Of a DNA stretch of 64,000 nt, positions 28,292 through 38,368 are shown in pieces; positions within the stretch are counted from its first letter, which is position 1, and every line of letters starts with the position of its first letter. This stretch comes from a virus. Lineage: Duplodnaviria; Caudoviricetes. The notes beneath the pieces were generated by a model. The model was given only the letters and a program-made list of their open reading frames with translations, had not been told where the DNA came from and did no database searches. The stretch is from IMG/VR virus record IMGVR_UViG_3300028603_000001, positions 32,001 to 96,000 of that record; one strand, written 5' to 3'. The position numbers and the translations under genes are program-made.

Positions 28292-30796
28292 TTAAGCTCG
28301 TCTATTTACTTGAGTAAGACCTTCAATTAAAGTGCTACTTACTCCTAAGCTTGATGGTATTTTTCTATTTATTTCTGCTATATTTTCAACTATTGATTTA
28401 AAATCATCGATAAAGTTTATTTTATCTAAATACTCTGTAACAGGTGAAGCTGAAGAGACTGTTGTTACGCTTGTTAAATTGCTAGAAATCAAAGTGTTTT
28501 CAGAGCTAAATAATGGCATAACCGCTGTTTTATCGAAGATTTTACTTCCAAAATTAACAGAAGCTGTGCTATTTATAGCTGGAATAACCTTTTCTAGAAT
28601 ATTAGTATTTAAGGTAGTTAAAGCAGTTATAATATTAGTTGATTCAGTACTTATTTTATTTAACAGTTCGTATTTATTTGTTGCAGCAGCTGTTAGAGCT
28701 ACAGCAGTTCCTTTTAGGTCTACATCCTCTGCTAAATATTTTAATATTTTTAATGTTGGGTTATTTTCTTCTTGGCTAGATATTTCTTTTTGTAATTCTT
28801 TATCAGATTTACTTTTTTGTTGTGCTATTGTTGCTTCATGGTAGGAATCAGAATCTTCTTGACCGATATATGTTATCTGTGATGTCCCTGAACCACTTGT
28901 TCTCGCAGCACCTAAGTTTAATCCAGGTCCGAAAGTTTTGAAATTACCACTTCCTGCACTTATCTGTAATTTATCTAAAAGAACTTCTCCAGAACCAATA
29001 GATCTCATTCCATTTACTATGTTACCAATATTACCTAACATATTAACACCAACTAAACCAAGTTTCATTAAGTTTTCAACTGTTGTGTTAAGGTCAATTC
29101 CAGTTCCTAAAGCAGTGATAAATGGTATATTAATTCCACCAGTAACTCCTTGAATTAAATCAGTTATCTTCCACATAGCAAATGAAACAGGATTTGCAGC
29201 TATACTCATACCTGTTTGATATGTTAAATTGCTAAATAAGTTTTCTAATATATTTGCAATACCCATTCTAGATGGTAATTGATTAAATTGATTTCTCAAG
29301 CTTGTATACATTCCTGTATAAGATAATAGATCATCATTTATAGCTCTTATATCTGATTGCTGCATTTTTGCAACAGCAACTAAATCACTTATTGAAACAC
29401 CGAAAACTTTAGCTAATTCAGCTTTTGTTACATTGGTACCTGTATCAGCTAATGTTTGCAGATAACCAACCATCGACATTAACAATTTATTTGTTGTTGC
29501 TGCATCTAACCCCTCATTGAGAACTTCACCAATGTTTATACCAATAGCGCTTGCAGACATCGTAAGTAATTTTCCTATGTCATCTGTTAATACATCAACG
29601 TCTCCAGCACCTAATCTACCTAAAGCTGTTGCTATACTTTGTGCTGTTTGGTCACTTAAACCGATTCCAGTTAAAGTTCCTAACCATTTTTGAACAACAT
29701 ATTCAAACTCAAGAGAAGCTCCAACTCCGCTAGCTCTACCTAAAACAGCGCTTGCTTCTAATAAACTGCTTGCAACATTATCAAATGTGCTTTGTAAATA
29801 TTCTGTATTTTCAACATAGACATTTAAAAATCTAGTTAAATAACTCTCCATCCCTAAACGAGCTGCTGTGCTATCATTTCGTTGTATACGAATTATTCTA
29901 TTTAAAGACTCTGAGGTTGCATCAAATGTTGTTGATATGCCGTCCTTTATGGTAGCAAAGAATGCTCTTTGAGCTACATTAGTAACAATACCTTGATTAA
30001 CTAAATCATTCAAGTTAGAATATAAATTAGACGCAGAAATTAGGGGAGAAAAAGCTACTTCATCTAATGTATCAACTAGTTCACCAAAAGTTGTTCTTCC
30101 TTGTAATCTAGCGTTTATCGATGTTTGATATTTAGCATAATCAGAAATAGTTCTATTAATAACATTCAAACCTTCTGTTATCGCTTTTCCAACAGATTTA
30201 AGTGAGTTTATCATAGCTTTTTCTGCAGATCTTTGAGCAGCATTTCCTAAAGCTATTTCATCTGTTAATGGTTGAAAAAGCTGTTCTTTAAGAGCATCTC
30301 CAAATTCGTATCCTGCACCTTCTTGTTGCAACTTTTCTTTTCTTGCTTGCAACTCACCTTCTTTTTTAAGCTTAGCTAGTTCTTTTTCAACTTTTTTAGC
30401 TTCGCTATTTTGACCTTTACTCTTAAATACAGCAACCTCTTTTTCTTTCTTTAGTATATCTAACTGTTTTTTACGTTTATCTTCTTCTGTTTTGCTGAGA
30501 TTTTTTAAATTCTGGATCTCCGCTTCTAACTTATCTTTTAAATTTTCATCTTGCAGTCTTTGCTCATATTTCGCTACCTGCTCAGCTGTTTCAAAACGGT
30601 TTTGCAATATAGCTTCCATTACTTGTTTTTGTATATATTCTTGCTGTATGCGTTCTTGATCTTCTAACTTCGCTAGAGCATCACTACGTAATTTTAAAAA
30701 GTCAGCAGCTTCTTTTTTAGCTACTTCTTCTAATTTTTTGCTATATACTTCAAGAAGCTTTTGTATTTCTTCATATTCTTTGTTATTATTTGCCAT
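28292..30796 (-). CDS. Tape measure protein
   Basis: Long helical/coiled-coil A/L/S-rich protein after the tail chaperones. Confidence 0.75.
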   Translation of the reverse strand: MANNNKEYEEIQKLLEVYSKKLEEVAKKEAADFLKLRSDALAKLEDQERIQQEYIQKQVMEAILQNRFETAEQVAKYEQRLQDENLKDKLEAEIQNLKNLSKTEEDKRKKQLDILKKEKEVAVFKSKGQNSEAKKVEKELAKLKKEGELQARKEKLQQEGAGYEFGDALKEQLFQPLTDEIALGNAAQRSAEKAMINSLKSVGKAITEGLNVINRTISDYAKYQTSINARLQGRTTFGELVDTLDEVAFSPLISASNLYSNLNDLVNQGIVTNVAQRAFFATIKDGISTTFDATSESLNRIIRIQRNDSTAARLGMESYLTRFLNVYVENTEYLQSTFDNVASSLLEASAVLGRASGVGASLEFEYVVQKWLGTLTGIGLSDQTAQSIATALGRLGAGDVDVLTDDIGKLLTMSASAIGINIGEVLNEGLDAATTNKLLMSMVGYLQTLADTGTNVTKAELAKVFGVSISDLVAVAKMQQSDIRAINDDLLSYTGMYTSLRNQFNQLPSRMGIANILENLFSNLTYQTGMSIAANPVSFAMWKITDLIQGVTGGINIPFITALGTGIDLNTTVENLMKLGLVGVNMLGNIGNIVNGMRSIGSGEVLLDKLQISAGSGNFKTFGPGLNLGAARTSGSGTSQITYIGQEDSDSYHEATIAQQKSKSDKELQKEISSQEENNPTLKILKYLAEDVDLKGTAVALTAAATNKYELLNKISTESTNIITALTTLNTNILEKVIPAINSTASVNFGSKIFDKTAVMPLFSSENTLISSNLTSVTTVSSASPVTEYLDKINFIDDFKSIVENIAEINRKIPSSLGVSSTLIEGLTQVNRRA

Positions 30797-30837
30797 AATT
30801 TATCCTCTTCTTATATAATTATAATAGGTAGTTTTTT

Positions 30838-31071
30838 CTAATTTTTCTTATTAGCTAAGCTTTCTTGTCTAGCTTTATCTAACATAGCTGCCCTCTGTTC
30901 CGCTTCTTTTATCAAAAATCTGATTATGTAATTACGTTCCGTCGGTGATATCTGTAAGACATCATTATAAGGGGTATTTAAATTTTTGCTTATTATGCAG
31001 CATTCATCAATTATTTCTTTATATCTAATAGGACCATATGGCTTACCATCTTCAGTCAGTTGTTGGTCCAA
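30838..31071 (-). CDS. Tail chaperone C-terminal part (T4 gp51-like), possibly expressed by frameshift
   Basis: ISPTERNYII motif; TTG start without SD overlapping a T6 run. Confidence 0.55.
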   Translation of the reverse strand: MDQQLTEDGKPYGPIRYKEIIDECCIISKNLNTPYNDVLQISPTERNYIIRFLIKEAEQRAAMLDKARQESLANKKN

Positions 31072-31801
31072 AAAATTCAGATGTGATGCGAAAGGGAGTT
31101 CTCATTTCTGCACCACAATTAGCACATTTAATTGTAATTTCATTGTCAACACCAACAGCATTAGATAATTTAGTTGCTTGATTTAATATATAATTAGCGT
31201 CCCTACTTGGGAGATTTTTTATAAACTCTTCAACTGAAATTGGATCTAATATTTGACCATCAACCTTTTCTACTAGAGAGACTAATGTATATAAAACACT
31301 ATAATCGATATTTTGCTTTGTTTTCTTTTTCATTTCAGCACTTAAATATGCGATTTGATCTAAATCATGTGGTGTTTGAAACCTTAAAAGAACCTGTCTA
31401 TTAGTTTTAGGTAAAGTAATCATTTTTTGTTTTATTATATCTGGTGTATACTCATTTACAGCTAAAGAGTCAAGATTAGCTATCGATTCAGTAACAGCAT
31501 CACAATGGTTACATTTAATCAGCATTTTATATTCTGGTCCATATGTAACAACTCTTAACTTATGTAGTAAAAATTGATAATCACCAAGAGCCATATTATA
31601 AACATGAATTGAAGGCTTTTCTTGCATACATGCTTCAATTATATCGCTCATAACCTTATATGGTGTATCAGTTGGGCTTAATCTTTTCATTTCCTCTAAA
31701 GTAGTCATACTTCTTAAAGTTACTCGAGGATTAACCTCTTTGTCGTATATTAATCCTTTCGATGGTAAAGTAAAACTTTCAAATATAGTTGCATTATTCA
31801 T
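31052..31801 (-). CDS. Baseplate hub / tail assembly chaperone (T4 gp26-like)
   Basis: LPSKG, LR..TYG, two CxxC pairs, C-terminal EFF. Confidence 0.8.
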   Translation of the reverse strand: MNNATIFESFTLPSKGLIYDKEVNPRVTLRSMTTLEEMKRLSPTDTPYKVMSDIIEACMQEKPSIHVYNMALGDYQFLLHKLRVVTYGPEYKMLIKCNHCDAVTESIANLDSLAVNEYTPDIIKQKMITLPKTNRQVLLRFQTPHDLDQIAYLSAEMKKKTKQNIDYSVLYTLVSLVEKVDGQILDPISVEEFIKNLPSRDANYILNQATKLSNAVGVDNEITIKCANCGAEMRTPFRITSEFFGPTTD

Positions 31802-32137
31802 TTATTTATTTTCCTTTCGTATTTTTAATTTTAAATCATATAAAATTTCTAAACCATATGCTTTCGCAACAGTATGCTCAATGCGACATCCGCGAGCATT
31901 TTCCCAACCCTTGATAAAATAAACAGCATCACATAAAGACATATATTCTAACGATTTTGCTAAATATGCTACTGATTCTTGTTTTGTGGCAGAGGTGATA
32001 ACATTTTCATCAACAAACGAATCAACAAATTCATACCCCATGTTTATTAGCTTTGAAATTGTTTTTTCTCTTTCATTTTTTATTTCAGTTTCAGTTTTAT
32101 TGGCCATTGGCTGACTTATCATGACTTTTTTAACCAT
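31802..32137 (-). CDS. DUF4406 / nucleoside deoxyribosyltransferase-like protein
   Basis: ISQPM...CDAVYF..GWENARGCRIEH. Confidence 0.75.
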   Translation of the reverse strand: MVKKVMISQPMANKTETEIKNEREKTISKLINMGYEFVDSFVDENVITSATKQESVAYLAKSLEYMSLCDAVYFIKGWENARGCRIEHTVAKAYGLEILYDLKLKIRKENK

Positions 32138-32322
32138 TATTTATTTTCCTTTTCTTTCTCATTCTTATAATATAAAAATATTATCTTTCGCAATAAATCT
32201 GATATAGACATAAATGCATCATCAGCTTCCATTTTCAGTTGATCATACATCATGTGTGAAACTTGCGTACCAACAACTTTCTTAGGTTTTCCTTTTTCTT
32301 TTTCTTGAATTTTAATTTCCAT
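32137..32322 (-). CDS. Ribbon-helix-helix DNA-binding protein
   Basis: VVGTQVS..MYDQLK.EA....MSISDLLR. Confidence 0.65.
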   Translation of the reverse strand: MEIKIQEKEKGKPKKVVGTQVSHMMYDQLKMEADDAFMSISDLLRKIIFLYYKNEKEKENK

Positions 32323-32363
32323 ATTAGTATCCTTTCATGCTATAATAGATTATGTTTTCATTT

Positions 32364-32372
32364 AATTTAGCA
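32364..32372 (-). promoter_or_regulatory. Putative late promoter TGCTAAATT
   Basis: Upstream of the RHH gene. Confidence 0.7.
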
Positions 32373-32418
32373 ATTTTTTATTATGGTTTGTTTTTAAAGT
32401 CTTTAAAGATTTTTTACA

Positions 32419-32450
32419 TAAAAAAAATTTAGATTGCTCTAAATTTTTTA
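32419..32450. terminator. Terminator after the tail tube gene
   Basis: AAAAATTTAGA/TCTAAATTTTT stem with flanking A/T runs. Confidence 0.55.
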
Positions 32451-32456
32451 TTTCAA

Positions 32457-33041
32457 TTATTCTTGTGTTCTTACAACTGTTTCTTCAGGAATAGCTCTAT
32501 CATAAATGATTGTCACATCAACAGTTCTCTTATCATTTGAATCATGTGTGAAAGATCCTTCTGATAATGCTCTAACCCAACAATTTTTCAATGTCCAGGT
32601 TCTAATAATTCTAGAATAATCTGGAGTATATTCTACTAACTGGCAATCAAATTTATAATTTACAGCTAAGTTAACAACATCTTTTGCAACATCATATGCT
32701 AATGCTTGCCAAGCTAATAAAATAGCTTTTGTTTTAGCTCCAACATAATCATTACATTTGATTGAGTATTCATTGAAAGTTGGTGTTCCAGCAAATTTCA
32801 TTGTTGAATTACCTCTTTTGATTTCAATAACACCTAAATCAAAATGTGGCACACTTGCTTCAGAAACAGATAATTTGATAACATCTTGGATTCCGGTTAA
32901 CATTGTTGTATCATCTGGTAAAGTGACCCCTGCTTGAACTAATGTGTTTATTCTGCTATTAACCACAAACTCGAACGCATTATTTCTTGATGGTTCGTAT
33001 AATGCTGGATTATCACTTAAATGGTATGTTCCATAATTCAT
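32457..33041 (-). CDS. Tail tube protein (T4 gp19-like)
   Basis: MKFAG.PTF, RTWTLKNCW, VTIIYD motifs; follows the sheath. Confidence 0.85.
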   Translation of the reverse strand: MNYGTYHLSDNPALYEPSRNNAFEFVVNSRINTLVQAGVTLPDDTTMLTGIQDVIKLSVSEASVPHFDLGVIEIKRGNSTMKFAGTPTFNEYSIKCNDYVGAKTKAILLAWQALAYDVAKDVVNLAVNYKFDCQLVEYTPDYSRIIRTWTLKNCWVRALSEGSFTHDSNDKRTVDVTIIYDRAIPEETVVRTQE

Positions 33042-33063
33042 ATATTAATCTCCTCCTCTTTCT

Positions 33064-34254
33064 CTACTCGCTAACAACTGTATTTGCATCAGTCATTATT
33101 ACAGCAAGTTCAATATCTTCAACAGCTTCAATCGGTTGGATAATTATTTCAGCTTGCATTTTAGCTCTAGCGGTAGTCTTAAGTTTATTTATTGAATAAC
33201 CTAATGCACCATTTCCGTGCGTAATTCTATCAAGTGTTGGTTCTATATATGATTTGTAATTAACCCATAATATATCTGAATTTTGTTCAAATGTGAACCT
33301 ATTAGCAGCTTCAAAAGCAACCTTCTTAACTAATGATACCATATTTCTTACATTTATGAATGATGTGGCTGTTAATTCACCCTCATTCTTTTTTAATGTT
33401 CTATTTCCATAAATTACAAAACCTGCTGGTCTAATGTATGCTATTGCATTAACACCTCTTCCAACATTATCACTTGAATCATCTGCTCTGTTTTGTAATG
33501 CATTAACCTCTGCTGTTGAAAATTTATGTTTTACCCTAGTTAATTCTGGAATAACGCCTCTTTCAAATCCGGCAACTGCAAACCATTCTGGATTGTTTCT
33601 AATTGATCTAGCATAAGCAAATAGATAACCAAAAGGAGCAGGAAGTAAGACTTCAGTTTCTGGATCACTTGTGAAATCTGAATCTGCTGTATAGAAGAAT
33701 GGTGTGAAAGCAGCAGCGTAACCTCCTATATCAATATTGTCTTTAGTTAGATCTGAATCTTGCAATAAAGCTAAAATATTTGTTACCTCATAACTAAAAA
33801 CAACTTCTCCGTCTGTGTAAGTTTCATTAAAACCAACAAGAGCTGTGCAATCACCTCGATTTTTAGCACATTCAACCATCTTTTCGTCTATATCGTCTGC
33901 TGAAGATCCCTCAAAAGCACCAGTAGTTAAAAATCTAATGTCATAATTATTCTTATCTTCTAAAGCTTCCCAATCATTTGCAGTCAAAGCATCTGTAAAA
34001 CCCTGAACTAAAACTGGAAGACCTAATCTAATTAAATGCTTAGCTAACTTATAGCCTAAGTTAAGCTCATATTCTAGAACAGCTGCATCTTCTAATAACT
34101 TATCCTCAAAATTATCTTCTAATTCTTTTAATGTTTTACATAATATAGGTTCCGTCTTTTCTTTTGTTTCTATAGGAACAAAAACCGTATTAGAAGCAAT
34201 AATTTCACCTACACTGCCAGTTCTATCAATTTCTGTTATTAAATTTCTTGGCAT
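33064..34254 (-). CDS. Tail sheath protein (compact)
   Basis: WFAVAGFERG, VNAI, YGNRTL, INVR, FTFEQN motifs. Confidence 0.9.
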   Translation of the reverse strand: MPRNLITEIDRTGSVGEIIASNTVFVPIETKEKTEPILCKTLKELEDNFEDKLLEDAAVLEYELNLGYKLAKHLIRLGLPVLVQGFTDALTANDWEALEDKNNYDIRFLTTGAFEGSSADDIDEKMVECAKNRGDCTALVGFNETYTDGEVVFSYEVTNILALLQDSDLTKDNIDIGGYAAAFTPFFYTADSDFTSDPETEVLLPAPFGYLFAYARSIRNNPEWFAVAGFERGVIPELTRVKHKFSTAEVNALQNRADDSSDNVGRGVNAIAYIRPAGFVIYGNRTLKKNEGELTATSFINVRNMVSLVKKVAFEAANRFTFEQNSDILWVNYKSYIEPTLDRITHGNGALGYSINKLKTTARAKMQAEIIIQPIEAVEDIELAVIMTDANTVVSE

Positions 34255-34300
34255 ATTTATATTTTCTCCTTTTTATATATTATAATAAATATTTTCATTT

Positions 34301-34309
34301 AATTTAGCT
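34301..34309 (-). promoter_or_regulatory. Late promoter variant AGCTAAATT
   Basis: AGCTAAATTAAATGA upstream of the sheath. Confidence 0.6.
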
Positions 34310-34358
34310 CGATTTTTCTCTTAAAGCTACATAATCTAATCATTTTATTCAACCTCTG

Positions 34359-35000
34359 TTATCTTACCAAAATATTGGTTGATTCAAGACTAACAAATTC
34401 TTTAGTTGGTATACTAAATAAATAAGCATCTGTAATAAACACTTTCAAAGTAAATCTAACAAATTGATCTGCAAATAAATGTTCTCTTATATCACTATTA
34501 TCTGTTATACTGCTTTCTAATGATATATTTGATTCGTGTCGGACTCTTAAATCATTATAAGGTAATTCAACAATAAGTTTAGGATAGTTAATAAGATTAA
34601 ATACAAAATTTCTTATATATTCATCTGCTTCTGCCATTCCTTTTGTATATATATCTATTTGATAACCTATTTGAATTGGAATAACATTAATAGGAATAGA
34701 CATATCAGGATTTTTAGTGCTATCTAGTTGATCAAAGTTTGCATCAAGTCTGTTTAAATCAAGCTTATTTGGAAAAAATCCATCAAATGTTTTTGGCTGT
34801 TTCTGTGGCGCTAATATTTCAACGTCTCTATTTCTAGCTATAGAGATTAATGGTAGGGTAAGCACCTTATCTTTTTTGAGGTCTGCTGTTAATTCAAAAA
34901 GACGTGTCGCTTCATCTGGTTTTAGTATTTTTAAATTGGGGTCTTTTACCCAGTTAGCTATTTTATTACTTATAGCTTCATCATAAAATCTTATTCCCAT
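34359..35000 (-). CDS. Tail terminator / sheath stabiliser (gp15-like)
   Basis: LPLISI.R, P...GYQIDIYT; precedes the sheath. Confidence 0.7.
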   Translation of the reverse strand: MGIRFYDEAISNKIANWVKDPNLKILKPDEATRLFELTADLKKDKVLTLPLISIARNRDVEILAPQKQPKTFDGFFPNKLDLNRLDANFDQLDSTKNPDMSIPINVIPIQIGYQIDIYTKGMAEADEYIRNFVFNLINYPKLIVELPYNDLRVRHESNISLESSITDNSDIREHLFADQFVRFTLKVFITDAYLFSIPTKEFVSLESTNILVR

Positions 35001-35395
35001 TTTTGCTCTCCTCTCATCAAGTAATACATATAAATAATTCTTATATTTGTACTTATATAAGAGATTATATTATCAAATAAATTACATCCTCTAAAGCTTA
35101 AATCACCATCATTAATATAATTAATTATTTGCTCTAACATTACGCCTTCTTTTAATGCGATTTGATTAAAACTAACAATATATTGACCATTAACCTCAGA
35201 CACATTTATATTTTTTGGATGCAATGCTTTTTTAAAAGTGTTTTTATCAATCTTATACTTTTCATTTACTTTATTTAGAATTGAATTGTACTCTTTTTTT
35301 CTTAATTCATCTGAAATTAACCTAACATATATTTTTGGAATATATTTCTTACCAAAATTTTTTCCTAATGTTTTATTGAAAGATAATGTTTTCAT
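34991..35395 (-). CDS. Hypothetical protein
   Basis: 134-aa ORF overlapping both neighbours. Confidence 0.6.
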   Translation of the reverse strand: MKTLSFNKTLGKNFGKKYIPKIYVRLISDELRKKEYNSILNKVNEKYKIDKNTFKKALHPKNINVSEVNGQYIVSFNQIALKEGVMLEQIINYINDGDLSFRGCNLFDNIISYISTNIRIIYMYYLMRGEQKWE

Positions 35396-37119
35396 TTTTC
35401 TGCTAATAATTGTTTCATTAATTTTTTGATTTTTATATTTTTAGGATCATCTAATTCTCGCTTTAGCTTCTCTATTTCTCTAGCTGCATTACTACCTTTG
35501 ATCTCTGTAAACATTCCTTTGAGCTTTTCTAAAGCAGCATCATCTATACCAATTAATTGATCACTTTCTTCTGCATCATCATCTAACTCATTATAATTAG
35601 CATTAGATCTTCCTTTTATAGCTGAAAATATTTTATTTATTTCATCAACTGGTCTTAATTTATTGTTGTTGAATATCATAAAATCAGCTAATCCACCAGC
35701 ATCTTTAATATCTCCTTTTGCTGGAATATCTATATTTTTCTGGTTAATATTAGTTAATGCAGTATCTAACATTTCTTTTTTTATAGAGGAATTTTTTATC
35801 GCGTTATATTTATTATAAATATCAGAACTTGTTACTGTATCTAAATCACTTCTCATAAATACCGCGTTATAAATCAATGAAGAATCATCAATAGAGTTTA
35901 AATTTTTTATTATTTTCTTTTTAGCTAGCAAATAAATTAAATTTTTTAACTCTTCACCAATATTTGATCCAGAAGCATCTTTATTTTTAAGATAATATTT
36001 AACAAAAATATTGAATAATGGAGCTTTCTTTACGTCGAAACTCTTAACAGCATCTATACTTTTGAATAATTCAGCAGCTTCTTCTTCAGATAATTTTAAT
36101 TTAGGATTTGTTTGTCTATAAAAATAAAGCGCTACTAAACTTGCACCTTTTTTAGCATCACCCTTTATCTGCTCTAAAGCTTTATCAAAAGTGTCTGTTA
36201 CCGGGTCGCCTAAAGCTTCATTTAAATTTTCACCGATAATATTAAGGATTTCATCACCTAAATTATCTTTTAGCTTTGTTTCAAAATCAGATCCTTTTTT
36301 TATTTGATCATCTGATGAGCCTGTTGTTTTTAATATTTTCTCATCATCTAATTTAATATCGATATTTAGTTTTTTATTTAAGAATTTGATAAAAGTATTT
36401 AAACTACAATTTATTTTGGTTATACCAAAATTAGTTACATAATTAACCACTTTGATGCGATATTGCCTATTAGCTATTTTTACTGCTTCATCTAATTCAT
36501 AACCTGCACCTAAAATAAATTTTCCATTAACCTCAAATTCAAGTAAATTATCTAAAGCTTTAGAAGACACCTTTAAATTAGTTGCTCCAATTGCTTCTAA
36601 ACTATCTTTTAATTTATCTCCACATGGTTTGATTAAATTTTTAATATCAGATATTTTTGAACTAGCTTTAATATCTCTCTTATCCTTAATGCCTTTGATA
36701 ATATTTTTTATGCTATTGAATATATTGGGTGCAAATTCATTTAATACGTTTTCTTTTAATTGGTTGATTTCGTCTTTATCAGCACCTGGAATATTTTTTA
36801 CAGCAGCAGGACAAATAGCAGTTTCCCAACTTTCCATAAATTGGTCTGCAGAAATAATAAGATCTTCATTTCCCAAAGACTCTCCAGATGCATCAAAAAT
36901 ATTTATTTTAAAATTATCTTCTTGCTTTTCTACACGTATTTTAACTAAATATCCAAACTTTGGTTTAATATAAAATCCTTTATCTTTTTCATCGTGAAAT
37001 ATATAATTTTTGCTCTCAACTATTGATTTTATTTCTTTATGTGCTGCATCTAATGTTTGTAAAAATAAACCCCTTGCAGCATCAGCCTCGTATAGATTTT
37101 GTACAAACTTTAATTTCAT
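35392..37119 (-). CDS. Hypothetical protein, probable head-packaged protein
   Basis: 575 aa; LYEA, LKEN, LNEF, LDEA and LNEA motifs; RBS AAGGAG. Confidence 0.7.
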   Translation of the reverse strand: MKLKFVQNLYEADAARGLFLQTLDAAHKEIKSIVESKNYIFHDEKDKGFYIKPKFGYLVKIRVEKQEDNFKINIFDASGESLGNEDLIISADQFMESWETAICPAAVKNIPGADKDEINQLKENVLNEFAPNIFNSIKNIIKGIKDKRDIKASSKISDIKNLIKPCGDKLKDSLEAIGATNLKVSSKALDNLLEFEVNGKFILGAGYELDEAVKIANRQYRIKVVNYVTNFGITKINCSLNTFIKFLNKKLNIDIKLDDEKILKTTGSSDDQIKKGSDFETKLKDNLGDEILNIIGENLNEALGDPVTDTFDKALEQIKGDAKKGASLVALYFYRQTNPKLKLSEEEAAELFKSIDAVKSFDVKKAPLFNIFVKYYLKNKDASGSNIGEELKNLIYLLAKKKIIKNLNSIDDSSLIYNAVFMRSDLDTVTSSDIYNKYNAIKNSSIKKEMLDTALTNINQKNIDIPAKGDIKDAGGLADFMIFNNNKLRPVDEINKIFSAIKGRSNANYNELDDDAEESDQLIGIDDAALEKLKGMFTEIKGSNAAREIEKLKRELDDPKNIKIKKLMKQLLAEK

Positions 37120-37162
37120 CTAATATCTCCTTCTATTATCAATTGTTATTATCTAATCATAT

Positions 37163-37171
37163 AATTTAGCA
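37163..37171 (-). promoter_or_regulatory. Putative late promoter heading the structural arm
   Basis: TGCTAAATTATATGA. Confidence 0.7.
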
Positions 37172-37180
37172 AATACTTTA

Positions 37181-37190
37181 ATTGTATATA
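37181..37190 (+). promoter_or_regulatory. Putative early/middle promoter ATTGTATA heading the replication arm
   Basis: Recurrent motif; divergent from the late motif 10 nt away. Confidence 0.55.
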
Positions 37191-37234
37191 AATATATATA
37201 TATTAAAATATTGGTAAAGGAAATTATAGGTAAG

Positions 37235-38269
37235 ATGGAAGAAAACAAAAAAGAGAAATTTTCGTACTCAAAATTAGATACATATAACTCATGTGGGTGG
37301 AAATATAAATTAAAATATATCGATAAAAATTTTGTTGATTCAGATCTAATAGCCGCTGATTTTGGTACTTTAGTTCATTATATTGAAGAGACTATAGCAA
37401 ATGATATAATCGCAAATAATCATGAACCACATTTTATGCTCGATGATCAAAAATATATTGATTTATTTATTAATGTTGATATCGCTAACGAAAAAGAAAC
37501 AATCTTAGGAATAAAAAAAATAAAAGAAAAATACCCAAAAGATTTCTATGTAGAAGACAAAAGCGGAATGGATTATGCTGAAAAAGCTAACCATTATTTA
37601 AACTTTGGTATATATCGTTTAAGAGATTATTTAGCTGAAAATAGACATATGCAAATTATTGCTATTGAACAGCCTTTTGAAATAGAATATAATGGGTTTT
37701 TATTTCATGGGTTTATTGATAGAGTATTTAGAAATACATTGACCGGAGAAATAATTGTTGAAGATATTAAAACATGGTGGACAATTGATAAACATGAGCT
37801 AACAACACCATTGCAATTTGTTTTATACACAAAGGCAGCTCAAGAAATATATAAAACAGAAAATATTAGATGTTTCTATGACTTACCTTTAGCAAAAAAC
37901 AGATACCAAGCTGGAACTAAAGGTTTTATAAAAAGAGGTTTTAAAAAAATTGATGCGTTATTAGAATCAATTGGCGCTGATATTTTCATCCCAAAACCAA
38001 GTCCATTATGTGCATGGTGTCCATACTCACCAACAAATCCAAATCATATTGAAAAAGAAGAAGCTTTATGTCCATATCATTCTAATTATACTAAAAAACG
38101 AAGAGATTTTTCAGTTAATTATATTTGGGCAGATATTGAAAACCATGCAGTAATTCAAGAAGATTTTTTGAATAAGCGCAGAGCAATACTTCAACCGATT
38201 ATGGTTGAAAATACCAATTTAAGAGATGAGAACAGTAGTAGACGTATATTTTTAGGTCGAAGAGAATAA
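37235..38269 (+). CDS. PD-(D/E)XK exonuclease, Cas4/AddB-like
   Basis: FSYSKL...C, GT..H, GFIDRV, EDIKT, Q...Y, CAWCPY...C (start may be TTG 37211). Confidence 0.85.
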   Translation: MEENKKEKFSYSKLDTYNSCGWKYKLKYIDKNFVDSDLIAADFGTLVHYIEETIANDIIANNHEPHFMLDDQKYIDLFINVDIANEKETILGIKKIKEKYPKDFYVEDKSGMDYAEKANHYLNFGIYRLRDYLAENRHMQIIAIEQPFEIEYNGFLFHGFIDRVFRNTLTGEIIVEDIKTWWTIDKHELTTPLQFVLYTKAAQEIYKTENIRCFYDLPLAKNRYQAGTKGFIKRGFKKIDALLESIGADIFIPKPSPLCAWCPYSPTNPNHIEKEEALCPYHSNYTKKRRDFSVNYIWADIENHAVIQEDFLNKRRAILQPIMVENTNLRDENSSRRIFLGRRE

Positions 38270-38299
38270 AAAGGATAGATAAAATCTAACCTTTTTTTT

Positions 38300-38309
38300 A
38301 TTGTATATT
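38300..38309 (+). promoter_or_regulatory. Putative early/middle promoter ATTGTATATT
   Basis: After a terminator-like hairpin (38268-38299), before the Mre11-like gene. Confidence 0.55.
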
Positions 38310-38368
38310 ATTATATATAATTAAAGTACAGCAAATTATAAATTTAGGTAAGGAGATAAAAAAAAATT

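Noticed and set aside
28730-31966. TGCTAAATA near-matches inside tail genes (28730, ~29230, ~31958)
   Set aside because: Antisense, intragenic and differ at the conserved ninth base
37235-38269. Cas4-like nuclease as evidence of a CRISPR-Cas system
   Set aside because: No repeat-spacer array or other cas genes seen; solo Cas4-like exonucleases are common in phage recombination modules
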